From the human T2T-CHM13v2.0 reference genome, Homo sapiens: a stretch of 64,000 bases of DNA. The notes beneath the pieces are model-generated. The model did no database searches and was not told the DNA's origin. It saw only the letters and a program-made list of their open reading frames with translations. Below, piece after piece: positions 43,832 through 58,475 of this stretch. Positions within the stretch are counted from its first letter, which is position 1. The number at the start of each line of letters is the position of its first letter. Location: the NCBI RefSeq assembly GCF_009914755.1, contig NC_060929.1; one strand, given 5' to 3'. The translations under genes were made by a program, and so were the position numbers.

Positions 43832-43861
<30 letters not shown>
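43832..43861. repeat. (TG)15 microsatellite
   Basis: Read directly from the sequence. Confidence 0.95.
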
Positions 43862-43862
<1 letters not shown>

Positions 43863-44775
43863 ATGGTCTTTTGTAGAATTCTACTTAGAAGAAGCTCTGT
43901 ATATATTTTATCCTCACCTACAAACTGTGGATTTCATCTGAAGATGTGGCCAGTGACCCAGGCTTCTCATTATTTAACCCAGGCAATTTCTGTTGTCCTT
44001 CAACAGGACAGATTAGTGTCATACAAAGAGGAAATGAATTACAAGGTCACTCATAAGATAGGTCACCTCTCCATCTTAGTGGCAGTAAAATGATTACTTG
44101 CTCAGTCAATGAAGACCAGCAGCTGATCAGGACCAAGCATCAGGTAGAGTTTTCAGGCTTATTCCAGCTGGCAAAATGAAAATCTATATTGGGACCCCTG
44201 AGACATGAAGAGAGAACAAAATTGCTTTGAGCCACTGTGGTGGTTGATAAATGGCACACTTAGAGAAAAACATTAGTCTCTCTACCCACCTGCCCAAGCC
44301 TAGCTAAATTCAAAGGAAATATGTACCTCTCTGGTATGCAATTGAGTACCTAATTTATTCCCTCTCACCACCAAAAAAAAAAAAAAAAACATTGTGTTAA
44401 TTATTCACTGTTCACATTCAAAGGGATGTTAAATATGGATAATTTTTCAAAAAAGTTATGTGTAAAACAATAACAAAACTCTATGTAGAATATATATGTT
44501 AACAGTAATTAATTTTTAAAAGGCAAGTAGCATGTACAATAAATATATGTAAGATTACATGAAAAAGAGGAATCTATTCAGACATCAGAGGAATGAGATT
44601 CAAAGAAGAAGGCACAAGGTTGAAAGAAGGCATCACAAACATACCGAAGGTTATATTCAATCTAGTGTCTTTCATTATATGGAATATATGCAATTAATCA
44701 TTAAATGGAATTGATTAAATAAGTCTAAATCAGTCTGCATCAGTCAAATGAATCTAAATATCGGGCTGCTTTAGA

Positions 44776-45640
44776 TTTTTTTTTAATATATATATACTTT
44801 AAGTTCTGGGATACATGTGCAGAACTGGCAGGTTTGTTACATAGGGATACATGTGCCATGGTGGTTTGCTGCACCCGTCAACGCATCATCTACATAAGGT
44901 ATTTCTCCTAATGCTATCCCTCCCCTTGCCCCCCACTCCCCGACAGGCCCCGGTGTATGATGTTCCCCTCCCTGTGCCCATGTGTTCTCATAGTTCACCA
45001 CCCACTTATGAGAGAGAACATGCAGTGTTTGGTTTTCTGTTCCTGTGTTATTTTGCTAAGAATGATGGCTTCCAGCTTCATTCATGTCCTTGCAAAGGGC
45101 ATGATATCATTCTTTTTTTATCGCTGCATAGTATTCCATGGTGTATATGTGCCACTTTTTCATTATCCAGTCTATCATTGATGGGCATTTGGGTTGGTTC
45201 CAAGTCTTTGCTTTGTGCATGTGTCTTTATAGTAGAATGAGTTATAATCCTTTGGGTATATACCCAGTAATGGGATTGCTGGGTCAAGTATTTCTGGTTC
45301 CAGATTCTTGAGGAATCGTCACACTGTCTTCCACAATGGTTGAACAAATTTACACAAATTACACTCCCACCAACAGTGTAAAAGCATTCCCATTTCTCCA
45401 CATCCTCTCCAGCATCTGTTGTCTCCTGACTTTTTAATGATCACCATTCTAACTGGCATGAGATAGTATCTCTTTGTGGTTTTGATTTGCATTTCTCTAA
45501 TGACCAGTGATGATGAGCTTTTTTTCATGTTTGTTGGCCTCATAAAGGTCTTCTTTTGAGAAGTGTCTGTATATATCCTTCTCCCACTTTGTGATGGGGA
45601 TGTTTATTTTTTTCTTGTAAATTTGTTTAAGTTCCTTGTA
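44776..45640 (-). mobile_element. L1PA7/8-like 3' fragment
   Basis: ORF 45319-45543(-) [45 protein letters not shown] is the ORF2p C-terminus; 3'UTR present. Confidence 0.94.
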
Positions 45641-46162
45641 TGATGGAGTCAATTGCTCATTAATAAAAGCTATATATATAATAAAAACTTTTTTATTAGA
45701 GTTTAAAGTTTATTAAAATAAATTATATTAAATATTTTGCATAATCCTTGACACATTTTGTTCTTACATAACCAGACTGTATAACTCATACATAATAATG
45801 AAATGCATTAAGAGAAAGATTTTTCATAGTTTTAAAAATAAAATTTATATTAATATCAAATTTTATTCCTTCCCAGGATTTTTGAATAAAAAATGAAATA
45901 TCCTCATTTCCATGATACCAACCAAAGTGATAACAAGCAATACAATGAAGAGGTTATTTATTCTTTAGGAATATGTCAAACATTCCAAAATAGTGATAAA
46001 CTCATATATTCATATAATTAAAGGATTTCTGCTCATTTATACATTTTCTATCTTATCTAATCACTTAATCCAATTTATTACATTTTACTTCATTTTACCT
46101 GATATTAACAGTGAACGTCAGAGAAATTAAATTACCTATCTACCTGTCTATGGAACTTTCTT

Positions 46163-46465
<303 letters not shown>

Positions 46466-47139
46466 TATGGAACTTTCTTATACAATTAATTGAAAAATTA
46501 CTTGAACATGATCTTTCTAACTCTTACGTTAATGTTTGTTTGTTTTTAATTAACTACTTAAGTATAATTAATATTACTGATTTGACTACTGAATTATGTT
46601 ATACTAAAATTTGAACTAAAGTTTAAATAATCCCATATGCACTCTAAAATGCACTGAAGCTTCCCCTGGCTTAAACTAACACTAGACATAACTAATATTT
46701 TTCAGTCCTTGTTATTTATTTTCTTTTCTCTATTCATCTTGTCATTATTTATCCCTGCTCCTCATTAATGCTAATCTAAAATAGGTGAAATGACTTTAAC
46801 ACTTCTAAAATGCTTTTACTTGTGTTTACTCCTAAAGTACTTAATAGGCAGCACAAGGTATACAGTGCAATATAATGATGCAGACAAGAGACAATGGCTA
46901 CTTCTTGAAGTTTGGTAGTTTTGGCAACTCCTTAAGTAGCTACATCAGTGAGTTCTTATGTTTTGGCTTACAGTCCTTTACAACACTCCAGGTAATACAC
47001 AGAAAGTTTAATCTACATCTCTGGAGCCCGGGGGAGAGAGTAAAGTGGTCACAGTGAGATTTGTAAGCTTGTAAAGTCTCTTGTCTCTTTTTATAGGTAT
47101 TAATTGAAACTGTGGGCTAAGATAACTTAAGGAATAAAA

Positions 47140-47193
47140 GACACACATGCACACACACGTGCACACACACACACACACATACACACACACACA
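47140..47193. repeat. Interrupted (CA)n
   Basis: Read directly from the sequence. Confidence 0.9.
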
Positions 47194-49005
47194 CGGTGGT
47201 AACATGAAAAAGGCTAAGAAGGGCCTTTTGAATTTCAGCATTTATTGGGCAATATGAGGAAGTTTGGTACTCAAAAGCATAGTCTAAAATTATGAGGAGG
47301 ATTAGAAAAACGTCTTGTCAAAAAAGCCAAGTGGATATGGCGTTGCAGGATGTATGGTATACTGAATGGACAAAACAGATGATGAACAAAATCCATTTAT
47401 AGATCTTTGGCAATATTTATTGATTAATATCATTCTAGGAAGTGAATATTCCTTGTGAGCTGTTGCCTTCATTTGTGTCTCAGTAGGTGAACAGGGCAAA
47501 AATGTTTGGAAGTCTAACTCCCAAGAATTCTGCTTAAAGAGTAACCTCTGATGGTCATGAAATAAAGTGTTATATTCAATCAAGTAGGTAGTTAAATGTC
47601 AGTCACATCTAAGGGAAGTAAAACTTGAGTTTAATTGTATCTGTTGGAAAACATAAAATATCTTCTAAATATATCCATAAAGGCTATGTTTCTGGAATAA
47701 AGTTGATCATTTATCAAAAATAGAGAAAAAAATAGAGAAAAATGAAGAAAATTAAATGTATTAGTCATAATATGTCTTGAAAGTTTTTGAATTTTTCCTA
47801 ATTCCCTTATTTATTAAGAGAAAAAAATAGGTTACACCTTAATATGCTCTCATAAATGTCAGTGTCTTGCCTAGCAGTATAGCTGGCTTAGCTGTGATTA
47901 AATATATGATTTTTGAAGAGCAATAGAAAAATATCAATAGAGCTAAGAATTGATTTTTTGAAAACAACAATGAAATTCACATACTACCCTTACATAGTGT
48001 TACTAAGAAAAAAGAGAGAGGATTCAAATAATTAAAATCAGAAATAAACAAATGTATATTACAATCAATACCACAAAATAAAAGAATTAAAATAATATTA
48101 AATATGCTAACAAATTGAATAATCTAGAAGAAATAGCTAAATTACTTTGAATCATGAAGAAATAAGATATATGAACAGTTTAATAACTGGTAAGTAAACT
48201 AAATAATTAATGAAAAGCTCCCAACAAATAAAAACCCCAAACCAGATAACTTCATTAAAGAATGTTACCAAACATTTAAAGAATTAACATCAATCCTCTT
48301 GAAACTCTTTCAAAAAATTGAAAAGTAGGGAAAACTTCTGAGCTAATTTTATAAAGCCAGAATTACCCTGATACCAACGCCAAAGACATTGCAAGAAAAT
48401 AAAATTAATAACTAATATCCATGATGAATATTAATACCAAAGCTCTCAGAAAATGCTAACAGGCTTAATTCAACAACACATTAAAAGAATTAAACACCAC
48501 AAACAAGTAAAATGTATTCCTGGGATACAAGGATGGTTCAACTTATAAAAAGCAGTCAATGTAGTACACCACATTTGCAGAATAAAAGACAAAACCCTAC
48601 GATCATGTCAACTTTTGCAGAGAAACTGTTCAACAATATTCAATGCCCTTTCATTATAAAAATTATATGGAAGAATACAATGCTCTTTCATGATAAAAAT
48701 CATACAACAGAACATGAATAGAAGAAAATTATCTCAATATAATAAAGACCATATATGAAAAGCCCACAGTTAGCATCACACTTAATGGTGAATTAATGAA
48801 ATCTTTTCCTCTAAAATAGGAAGAAGACAAGTATGCTCACCAACATCACTTTTGTTTAACACATTATTGGAAGGCCTAGACAGAGCAGTTATGCAAGTGA
48901 AATACAAGGCATCCACGTTTGGAAGAAAAAAGTACTTTTACCTGTTCACTGATGACATGAACTTGTATGTAGAAAACCTTAAATATTATATAAAAACAAA
49001 TCTGT

Positions 49006-49476
<471 letters not shown>

Positions 49477-49507
49477 TTAGAAAGTATTGCTGAAATAAAT
49501 TATATAA

Positions 49508-49856
<349 letters not shown>

Positions 49857-50974
49857 TGGAAGCCTTAATTTTTAAGATGTCAATATTACCCAAAACTATC
49901 TTTCGATTTAATGCAATTCCAATAAAAATCCCGGTAGTATTTTTTGCAGAAATAGAAATAATCATATAAAAATACATATGGATTCTTAAAGGACCCTTGG
50001 TAGCTTAAATACTCTTGACAAATGACAAAACTAGAGGACTCATACTTCTTTATTTCAAAATGTTTTACAAAGCTATGATAATTCAAACACTGTGGTACTG
50101 ACATTAGACAGACATGTAGCCCAGTGGAACAGTACAGACAGCCGAAAAATCAACCCTCTTATATACATTGAAATGATTTTCAAGAAAGGTGCAAAGACAA
50201 CTCAATGGGGAAAGGACAGTTTTTATGATAAATGGTATAAGGAAAACTGTATATCCACATGTAAAATAATACATCTGGACCCTTATGCCACATACAAAAA
50301 TGAGCTCAAAGTGAATTAAACAGCTCAATGTTAACATCCTACACTATAGAAGTCCTAGAAGAACATATAGGAGAAACTCTTCATGACGGCAGGTTTGACA
50401 ATGATTTCTTGGCTATGACATCAAGAATACAGGCAATAAAAACAAAAATACACAAATGGGACCATATCAAACTTTAAAACTTTTATGTATCAAAGGACAT
50501 GATCAGTAGATTGAAAATGGAACCTGTGAAATAATTTGCAAATCCTATACCCAAAAATGAATTAATATCCAGAATACATAAAGACCTTTCACAACTCAAA
50601 ACCAGAATAAAATCACTTAATTTGAAAGTGGAAAATAACTTAAATAACTGTTTCCAAAAATGATATACAAATCACCAAAAAGTACTTAACAAGATATGCA
50701 GCATCACTAATCAGAGGAATGCAAATCCAAACCACAATAAGATATTTCACACCCATTACAATGGCTACAATCAAAAATACAAAAGGAAAGAAAGTAATAA
50801 GCATTGGCAGGAATGTGTAAGTTGAAACCCAGGAATTAAAAAAACAGTGTAACCAGTTCGGAAAAGAGTATGACAGTTCCTCAAATAATTATAAATATCA
50901 TATGATTCATCAATCTTACTTCAACTCTCTCCAACACAAAAAATTTGAAAGCAGGGTCTAATTAGCTAGTTAAG

Positions 50975-51095
50975 TTGTTTCCCTCATATTATATATGTGA
51001 ATACATAAGGCACTGAGGAATTAAGTAATTTACCCAAGGCCATCCCTTTACTAGATGGAAAAGCTGGGAGACAAGATCTACTGCCTGCTTCCAAA
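50975..51095 (-). mobile_element. MIR remnant
   Basis: aaggcactgaggaattaagtaatttacccaaggcca. Confidence 0.55.
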
Positions 51096-52878
51096 GGAGA
51101 GGCCTTTCTCTGTATCGATTCTGTGTGAGCACTAAATGTGGGCAACAAAAAGCTAGAAAGATCTCAAATTGACATACTAACATCACAACTATAAGAACTA
51201 GAGAATCAAGAGAAAACAAACTCCAAAGCTAGAAGAAGACGAGAAATAACCAAGATCAGAGTGGAAATGAAGAAGATAGAGATACAAAATACCCTTCAAA
51301 AAAATCAATAAATCCAGGACATTTTTTAAAAGGAAAATTTACAAAATAGACTGCTAGCTAGATTAATAAAGAAGAAAAGAGAGAAGAATCAAATAGACAC
51401 AATAAAAATGATAAAGGGGATATCATTACTGACCCCACAGAAATACAAACAACCATCAGAGAATACTATAAACACCTTTATGCAAAGAAAGTAGAAAATC
51501 TAGAAGAAATAGATAAATTCCTGGACACAAACACCCTCCCAAGACTAAACCAAGAAGAAGTTGAATTCCTGAATAGACCAATAACAACAAGTTTGGAAAT
51601 TGATGCAGTAATAAATAGCCTACTAATGAAACAAATCCAAGGAACAGATGGATTTATAGCTGAATTCTACTGGAGGTACAAAGAGGAGCTGGTACCCATT
51701 CTTCTGAAACTATTCCAAACATTTGAAAAGGAAAGACGCCTCCCTAACTCATTTTGTGGGGCCAGCATCATCCTGATACCAAAACCTGGCAGAGATACAA
51801 CAAAAAAAGAAAATGTAATGCCAATATCCTTGATGAACATCAATGCAAAAATCCTCAATAAAATACTGGCAAATCAAATCCTGCAGCACATTAAAAAGCT
51901 TATCCACCATGATGAAGTCAGCTTCATCAAGACAGCTTCATCCCTGGGATGCGAGGCTAGTTCAACATATACAATGCAATAAACGTAATTCATTACGTAA
52001 AGAGAACTAAAGACAAAACCTACGTGATTATTTTAATAGATGCAGAAAAGGCCTTCAATGAAATTCAACATCTCTTTATGTTAAAAACCCTCAATAAACT
52101 AGGTATTAGTGGAACATAACTCAAAAGAATAAGAGCCATTTTTGAAAAACCCACAGCCAATATCACACTGAACCAGCAAAAGCTGGAAGCATTCTCCTTG
52201 AAAACCAGCAAAAGAAAAGGATGTCCTCTCTCCCCACTCCTATTCCACATAGTATCACAAGTTCTGGCCAGGACAATCAGGCAAGAGAAAGAAATAGAAG
52301 GTATTCAAAGAGAAAAAGAGGGAGTCAAACTGTCTCTATTTGCAGATGACATGATTCTATATCTGGAAAACCCCAGTGTCTCAGTTCAAAAGCTTTTTAA
52401 GCTGATAAGCAACTTCAGCAAAGTCTCAGGATACAAAATCAATGGCAAAATCACAAGCATTCCTATGCAACAACAGAAAAGCAGAGAGCAAAATCATGAA
52501 TGAACTCCCATTCACAATTGTTACAAAGAGAATGAAATACCTAGGAATCCATCTAACAAGGGAGGCGAAAGACCTCTTCAAGGAGAAGCACAAACCACTG
52601 CTCAAGAAAATCAGAAGTCATAAACAAATGCAAAAACATTCCATGTTTATAGTTAGAAAGAGTTAATATCATGAAAATGGCCATACTGCCAAAAGTAATT
52701 TGTAGATTCAATGCTATTTCCATTAAACTACCATTGACATTCTTCACAGAATTAGAAAAATCTACTTTAAAATTCATATGAACCAAAAAAGAGCCCGCAT
52801 AGCTAAGACAATCCTAAGCAAAAAGAACAAAGCTGGAGGCACCATGCCACCCAACTTCAAACTATAATACAAAGCTAC

Positions 52879-53338
52879 TGTCAGGCCTCTGAGCCCAAGC
52901 TAAGCCATCATATCCCCTGTGACCTGCACGTATACATCCAGATGGCCTGAAGTAACTGAAGAATCACAAAAGAAGTGATATTTAAATGGCCTGTTCCTGC
53001 CTTAACTGATGACATTCCACCACAAAAGAAGTGAAAATGGTCGGTCCTTGCCTTAACTGATGACATTACCTTGAGAAATTCATTTTCCTGGCTCATCCTG
53101 GCTCAAAAACTCCCCCACTGAGCACCTTGTGACCCCCACTCCTGCCCGCCAGAGAACAACAAACCCCTTTTGACTGTAATTTTCCTTTACCTACCCAAAT
53201 CTTATAAAACGGCCCCACCCCATCTCCCTTCACTGACTCTCTTTTCGGACTCAGCCCGCCTGCACCCAGGTGAAATAAACAGCCTTGTTGCTCACACAAA
53301 GCCTGTTTGGTGGTCTCTTCACACGGATGCGAGTGAAA
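52879..53338 (+). mobile_element. LTR7 (HERV-H) solo LTR
   Basis: tgtcaggcctctgagcccaagctaagcc...gtttggtggtctcttcacacggatgcgagtgaaa; 5-bp TSD gctac at 52874-52878 and 53339-53343. Confidence 0.96.
53203..53279 (+). promoter_or_regulatory. LTR7 TATA box (53203-53209) and poly-A signal (53274-53279)
   Basis: tataaaa and aataaa at the canonical LTR positions; activity cannot be shown from sequence. Confidence 0.6.
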
Positions 53339-54288
53339 GCTACAGTAACCAAAGAAAGCATGATACTGATACAAAAACAGACACATAGACCAATGGAACA
53401 GAATAGGGAACTCAGAAATAAAACCGCACATCTACCACTACCTGATCTTTGACAAACCTGACAAAAACTAGCCATGGGGAAAGGATTCCCTATTTAATAA
53501 ATGGTACTGGGAGAACTGGCTAGCCATATGAAGAAAATTGAAACTGAACATCTTCCTTATTGAAACTGAATATCTTCCTTACAACTTATACAAAAATTAA
53601 CTCAAGATAGATTCAATCCTTAAATGAAAAATCAAAGCTATAAAAATTCTAGAAGAAAATCTAGGCCATACCATTCAGGACATAGACACAGAAAAAGATT
53701 TTATGACAAAAACATCAAGAGCAATTGCAACAAAAGCAAAAATTGACAAATGGGATCTATTTAAACTAAAGAACTTTTGCATAGCAAAAGAAATTATCAT
53801 CAGAGAGAACAGACAACCTACAGAATGGAAGAGAAGTTTTATAACCTATCCATCTGACAAAGGTCTAACAATCAAAATCTACAAGAAACTTAAACAAATT
53901 TACAAGTAAAAAACAAACAACCTCATTAAAAATTGGGCAAAGAAAATGAACAGACACTTCTCAAGAGACATTTGTGAAGCCAACAAAAAGATTATCATCA
54001 CCAATTATTATAGAAATGCAAATCAAAACCACAATGAGATACTATCTCATACCAGTCGGAAGGCAATTATTAAAAAGTCAAGAAACAACAGATTCTGGTG
54101 AGGCTGCACAGAGATAGGAATGGTTTTACACTGTCTTGGGGAATGTAAATTAGTTCAATTATTGTGGAAGACAGTATGGCAATTCCTCAAAGACCTAGAG
54201 CCAGAAGTACCATTTGATTCAGCAATCCTATTACTGGGTATATACCCAAAGGAATATAAATCATTCTATTATAATAATATATGCATGC

Positions 54289-54529
54289 ATGTTCTCACTC
54301 GTAGGTGGGAATTGAACAATGAGAACACTTGGACACAAGGCAGGGAACATCACACACCTGGGCCTTTCAGGGGGTGGGGGTCTGGGGGAGGGTGGCATTA
54401 GGAGAAATACCTAATGTAAACGACAGGTTGATGGGTGCGGCAAACCAACATGGTACATGTATACCTATGTAACAAACCTGCACGTTGTGCACATGTACCC
54501 TAGGACTTAAAGTATAATAATAAAAAAAA
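54289..54529 (+). mobile_element. Younger L1PA5/6-like 3' fragment nested in the host L1
   Basis: Second 3'UTR with poly-A; TSD aata(t/c)atgcatgc at 54276-54288 and 54530-54542. Confidence 0.9.
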
Positions 54530-56881
54530 AATACATGCATGCTTGTGTTCATGGCAGCACTCCTCACAATAGCAAAGGCATGTAATCAACCCAAATGCTC
54601 ATCAATGATAGACTGGACAAAGAAAATGTGGTACATATACATCATGGAATACTATGCAGCCATAAAAAGGAACAAGATCATGTCCTTTGCAGGGACATGG
54701 ATGAAGCTGGAAGCCATTACTCTCAGCAAACTAATGCAGAAACAGAAAACCAAGTACTGCATGTTCTCACTCATAGGTTAGAGCTGAACAGTGAGAACAC
54801 ATGGACAAGGGAGGGGAACAACACACACTGGGGCCTGCAGGGCTTGAGGGAGAAAGAAGAGCATCAGGAAAAATAGCTAATGCATGCTGGGCTGAATACT
54901 AAGGTGATGGGATGACAGCTGCAGCAAACCACCATGGCACACATTTACCTATGTAACAAACCTGCGCATCCTGCACATATAATCTAAAACTTAAGAAAAA
55001 AATAGACAAGTTAGTCTACAGTTATCTTTGTACCATTGCTTTTATAGACATCCAAGGTTGAATTATAACTGCCTAAGAACAACCTCTTCTCTTCCATTTG
55101 CAAACTACATGCTCTTTACTTGTAATGATAAACTCTCTAAGCAAAGTTTATTGGATGCACTACATACGATGTCATTTTCCCAACAATTCATTGTGCTTTT
55201 CTATATCACTTATGAGATTACAAGGCTCTTTCGGATTTTACTATTGTGACTAATTTCTCTCAGTGAGAGGAACTCTTTTAATCAATTTCTGAACTTGCAC
55301 AGCCCTTATTGTTGCTTCCAAATTCAAAGGCTCCAAGGGTCCAGGAGGACAAATAAGCCTCAGCTTTGAATTTTCTAGTCCTTAAGCAATTCTATGCATT
55401 TCAATGACTTCAGAAATAATGTTTTTCACCACATTAATTCCAAGACGAGGCTCGGATTTTGAATTTTCCTCTGATATTTGCCTATTCATTGTAATTTCAT
55501 GAGAGCTGTTAATTGGCATAAATGTTGCATTGCTCATCTTCCTCCTGATAAAAATGTAGGCCTGTGGTTTGGGCTGAATATTGAGGTTTTCCCGTTTTCT
55601 TTCATTTTCTTTTCTTTCCCATCCCATTTTTTTCTTTTTATAATTCTCAAAATTTTGCCCTGTGAGCTTTTGAAATGCAAGAAGTCAATGAATATTGGAT
55701 TTACTTTAAAAAACCCTTTGTTCTAGAAATTCCTGCCATTTTCAACTCCTAATATATGGAAAATTCATCCAGGAGGAATTCTTTTAACATCAGTAATCTT
55801 TTGAAAATGCAAATCTGATCACATGAATCCTTGCTTTTACTGCTTTAAGGTTTTTAACAGCTTTAAATCTAAATGATTAGGTTTCCCTCTAGTGCTCTGG
55901 CAAACAAATTGATATTCTCTCAGCCACTCACTGTGACTCAGTTACCATGGCCTTAAGTTTGTCAATTTCACCAGCTATTATATAACAAAGCCTCCTTATT
56001 TCTAAATATCCTTCTTCATTTTGTCCTTCAAAATAGATATACACCACACACACATGCACACACAACTAGCACATAAATATACCCATATTCCTTACAGTTG
56101 AATCTCATCTAGTGTTCTGGTTTCAGCTTGACTATGTCTTTTTGTTTTTGACCAGCATCTCCCCTCACACTACCTAAAGCACAACCTCTGACTCTAATCT
56201 CTCATCACAATAATTAATGGAAGTAAGAAAGAAGTGCTTCTTGTGTAAAAAAAAAAAAATCTGTGTCCTCAGTAATCTATACACTTATTAAGTCTGTGAT
56301 CCAAGATTATCAATTGTATTTTAACACTTACCAATGCATCAGGCCTGAACTTGACTTACTTGTATCCTGCCTAGCTTACTTACAGTATGATTGAGCTTTC
56401 TGATAAAATGTCCTAGCCTTGTTTACATCTATGATATTCTTCTATAAACTTAATTTCTCAATATGATACCAATTTTCTGCAGTTATCTTCCGATTGTCTC
56501 TTACACTAACACAATATAAGTTTCATAGGTTTCTTAATTCATCTTGACATTGAGTCCTGACATGTAATGTTTAAAGGACATTTTCATTATATTCCTGACC
56601 TTAAATTTATTTATCTTTAGTATCTATTTTTTGCCACCTTTGATAAAACTCTCTGAGAATCAGTTAATCTTTTTGACTTTATTGTTCCCTTCTTATCTAT
56701 ATTTCCAAAAACATTAATTCTGCTTTACTATCATTTCTTTTTTATGACCAACTAGTTTGACTCTATTTTCAACTGCTAGAGTTTGCCAATATCCACATCT
56801 TCCAATACACTGACCATTCATTGAACATAAAAAAAACACAGAAAATTTAGCTCTAGCATTTATCAAGTAAAGCTTGTACTA

Positions 56882-57183
56882 TGTTGACAGAAGAGTTGAA
56901 TTCTATAAAACATTCATTTGCTCCGAGCCAAATATGAGTGACTAATGTCCCATGACACAGCCTAGGAGATCCTGAAACATGTGCCCAAGGTGGTCAGGAC
57001 ATGGATTGGTTTCATGTTTCCTGTATGTTACTTTCCTTTTTCTTTCCATAAATCTTCCACCACATGGCTTCACTGGAGTCTGTATGAACCTACTCTGCTT
57101 CAGGAAGATGCCTGATTTGTAAATTGTCATTTGTTCAATTAAACTGTGTTAAATTTAATTTGGCTAAGGTGTTTCTTTTAACA
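56882..57183. mobile_element. Fused ERV1 LTR fragments: MER4-like 3' end (-) joined to MER57/51-like 3' end (+)
   Basis: gagccaaatatgagtgac...acatgtgcccaaggtggtcagg, then ccataaatcttccaccac...caattaaactgtgttaaatttaatttggctaagg...ttttaaca. Confidence 0.6.
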
Positions 57184-57194
57184 ATCTTTTCATG

Positions 57195-57381
57195 GTCATC
57201 TTCATAGAAGGATACTAATCATATGTGATTAGGGGCCTACCCTACTCCAATATGACTTTCTTTTAATTTAATTAAATGCATCTGTAATTACTCTATTTAT
57301 TAATAGGGTCACATTATGAGACACTTGGGTTGAAGTCTTCCACATGTTTTTTGGAGGGAAGGCCCAATTTAACCCATAACA
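57195..57381 (-). mobile_element. MLT1 LTR 5' fragment
   Basis: gattaggggcctaccctactccaatatgac...gggtcacattatgag...aatttaacccataaca. Confidence 0.75.
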
Positions 57382-58475
57382 TTCTCAGAACACACAGAAT
57401 TAAACTAGATATTAATAATAAAATGATAACTAGAAATTTTGAAAATATTTGGAAATTACAAAACATAGCTTTGACTAACCCATGAGTCAAGAATTTATTT
57501 CCAGAATAGTAAGATATATTTGTACCAAATTTAAAACTATAGCTTATCAAAATTTTTGAGGTGCAGCACAAGTCGTGCTTAGAGTTAAATGTATACAATC
57601 AAATTAATTTATTGGAAAACTATAAAGATCTATAATCAATAATGTAACTTTCACACTTGGAAACTAAAGAAGAAAGAATAATTTAAGTCAAAAGCAAGAA
57701 TGATAAAATCAAAGATAAAAATTAGAACAGAAGTCAATCAAATTGAAAAGAAGAAAAAAGAGAAAATCAATAAAATTTAAAGTTGGTCCTTTAAAAAGAT
57801 TAAAACTCAATGGTGTTCACATATACCATAAAGATGTTAATTCTCTCTAAATTAATCTATGGAGTCAATGTAATTCCAGGGTCATTTTTTTAAAAACTAA
57901 AACGCGTTCACATTTATACTAAAAAGGCTATGGCTTTTCCCTAATCTTTAGAAAAACAAGATGGGAGCTTGTTACTGGATACAACTACAGTAATTGAAAA
58001 AGTGAGGCTTTGGTAGCTGGATAGAAACGAGACCAGTGGACCATGATGAAGACTTCAGAGAATAAACACGCGTGTAGAAATGGATATAAAACAGAGCTAT
58101 CTGAAATGACAATGTGGAAAGAACGGTATTTCAAAAAAAACTATCCTGAGTAATTGTTATGTATATGTTAAGGGGTTAAAAAAAAAAAAAAGAATCATTT
58201 CTTTTCAAACCGTATACCAAAAAAAAAAAAAAAAAAAAAAAAATCAGTTAAACGTTTGAGAAGATAAATTCCCCAAAGGTTAATATGAGAGAATAGATAC
58301 CTTGCTTTGGAGCAAGAAAATATTTGTTACGTATGCACAAAAAAAACTATTACTGTTGAAAAAAAATGAATAGATAAATTGACTTCATTATAAGTAAAAA
58401 CTTTGATACATCGAAGCCTCTATTAAGAAAGTGTAATGGGGAGGCATAATGTGAGAAACTACTAGTAACACATTT
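57382..58475 (+). mobile_element. Decayed L1M ORF2 fragments
   Basis: attaaactagatattaataa; gagaaaatcaataaaatttaaagttggtcctttaaaaagat; tagataaattgacttcatt. Confidence 0.65.

Larger units (their letters stand above)
51145..55002 (+). mobile_element. 5'-truncated L1PA8A/10-like element with two nested insertions
   Basis: ORF 51593 ([42 protein letters not shown]) and ORF 52198 ([27 protein letters not shown]) are the L1 RT, broken by stops and frameshifts; 3'UTR at 54770-55000. Confidence 0.96.

Noticed and set aside
51593-52503. Reverse-transcriptase-like ORFs (FADDMILY)
   Set aside because: Fragments of a 5'-truncated, frameshifted L1 ORF2; not a functional RT or a novel RT system.
53537-53580. 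22-bp tandem duplication in L1 (attgaaactgaa(c/t)atcttcctt twice)
   Set aside because: Ordinary slippage; two units with no spacers, not CRISPR-like.
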